Shown here: piece by piece, positions 63,602 through 64,000 of the stretch
Position numbering within the stretch: the first letter of the stretch is position 1
Layout of the letters: each line of letters begins with the position of its first letter
Origin: an uncultured delta proteobacterium
GTDB lineage: Bacteria > Desulfobacterota > Syntrophia > Syntrophales > UBA2185
Length of the DNA stretch: 64,000 nt
Reading direction: 5' to 3'
Assembly: GCA_963695875.1 (NCBI GenBank)
Contig: CAVOID010000004.1
Span: 246,151 to 310,150, forward strand
The notes under the pieces: generated by a model
Told to the model about the DNA's origin: nothing
Databases searched by the model: none
What the model saw: only the letters and a program-made list of their open reading frames with translations
Made by a program: the position numbers and the translations under genes

Positions 63602-64000
63602 TATTATATTTATATTTCTCCCCCTCGGCATTACCCACACCGCCTTCTCATACTCCTTGAACTGATGGAGAAGAGCAAACCGATACCGGTACTCCGGCAG
63701 TTTCCGGGCCAACCGTACAAGTTGCCCGAACTGTTTCTCTACCCTCTGGATCATCGGTCTGCATTCGGAATACTCCACCGGTCTCGTTGTCACGTCAAAA
63801 TTCTCCGTTGTGAAAACGTACAGGAACTTTGTCTGCTTTGACAGGCCGTATTTCCTGAAAATTCGTAATCTTCTCATTCAGCCGGATTTTTTCCTCAAAG
63901 ATCGCCTTCGGTGTCCGTCGTCCGTTCGAACTCAAGAATGAAATCATATTCCCTGCCGTCGAGCTTGTGCCGGTATCGAACAATCGCGTCCGGCTTGTAG
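63596..64000 (-). CDS. C-terminal part of a PD-(D/E)xK-like protein (replication-relaxation-like); frameshifted and partial
   Basis: YKPDAIV...FILEFERT from the window end continues through frame changes to KFLYVF. The stop lies inside attC R'. Confidence 0.45.

Overview
Bacterial chromosomal window. Gene content and repeat style suggest an anaerobic deltaproteobacterium (Desulfobacterota, Syntrophales-like); this is inference. Many single-base frameshifts in housekeeping genes point to an unpolished long-read assembly. Ordinary content: tkt, two tatA, glk-cutA-TrmH, lgt-trxB-NifU, a two-subunit CoA-transferase with an OFA-type MFS, a P-type ATPase, split methylmalonyl-CoA mutase with meaB, nudC, pxpABC with a liv-type ABC importer, tRNA-Leu(CAG), ribF, nfi, pyrE, split methionine synthase and leuA/C/D. 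Structure the ORF track misses: (1) two probable selenoprotein genes, each with an in-frame UGA at the catalytic Cys position and a downstream SECIS-like hairpin (a CoA-disulfide reductase/NADH oxidase and a UxxC thioredoxin-fold protein); (2) a small GIY-YIG nuclease gene inside the leu operon, bracketed by nested TGTC-tagged palindromic repeats that also occur elsewhere in the window, a candidate REP-mobilising module without a RAYT; (3) a complete Leu-rich leader-peptide attenuator; (4) a 7.2-kb integrase-less acyl-CoA island bounded by a 14-bp duplication of the tRNA-Leu 3' end; (5) an integron-type gene cassette with attC sites and no intI in the window; (6) an IS3 element with a 3-bp target duplication; (7) a 165-bp IS200/IS605-like non-autonomous element that may carry an omegaRNA-like end; (8) a candidate RGPP ribosome-arrest peptide.
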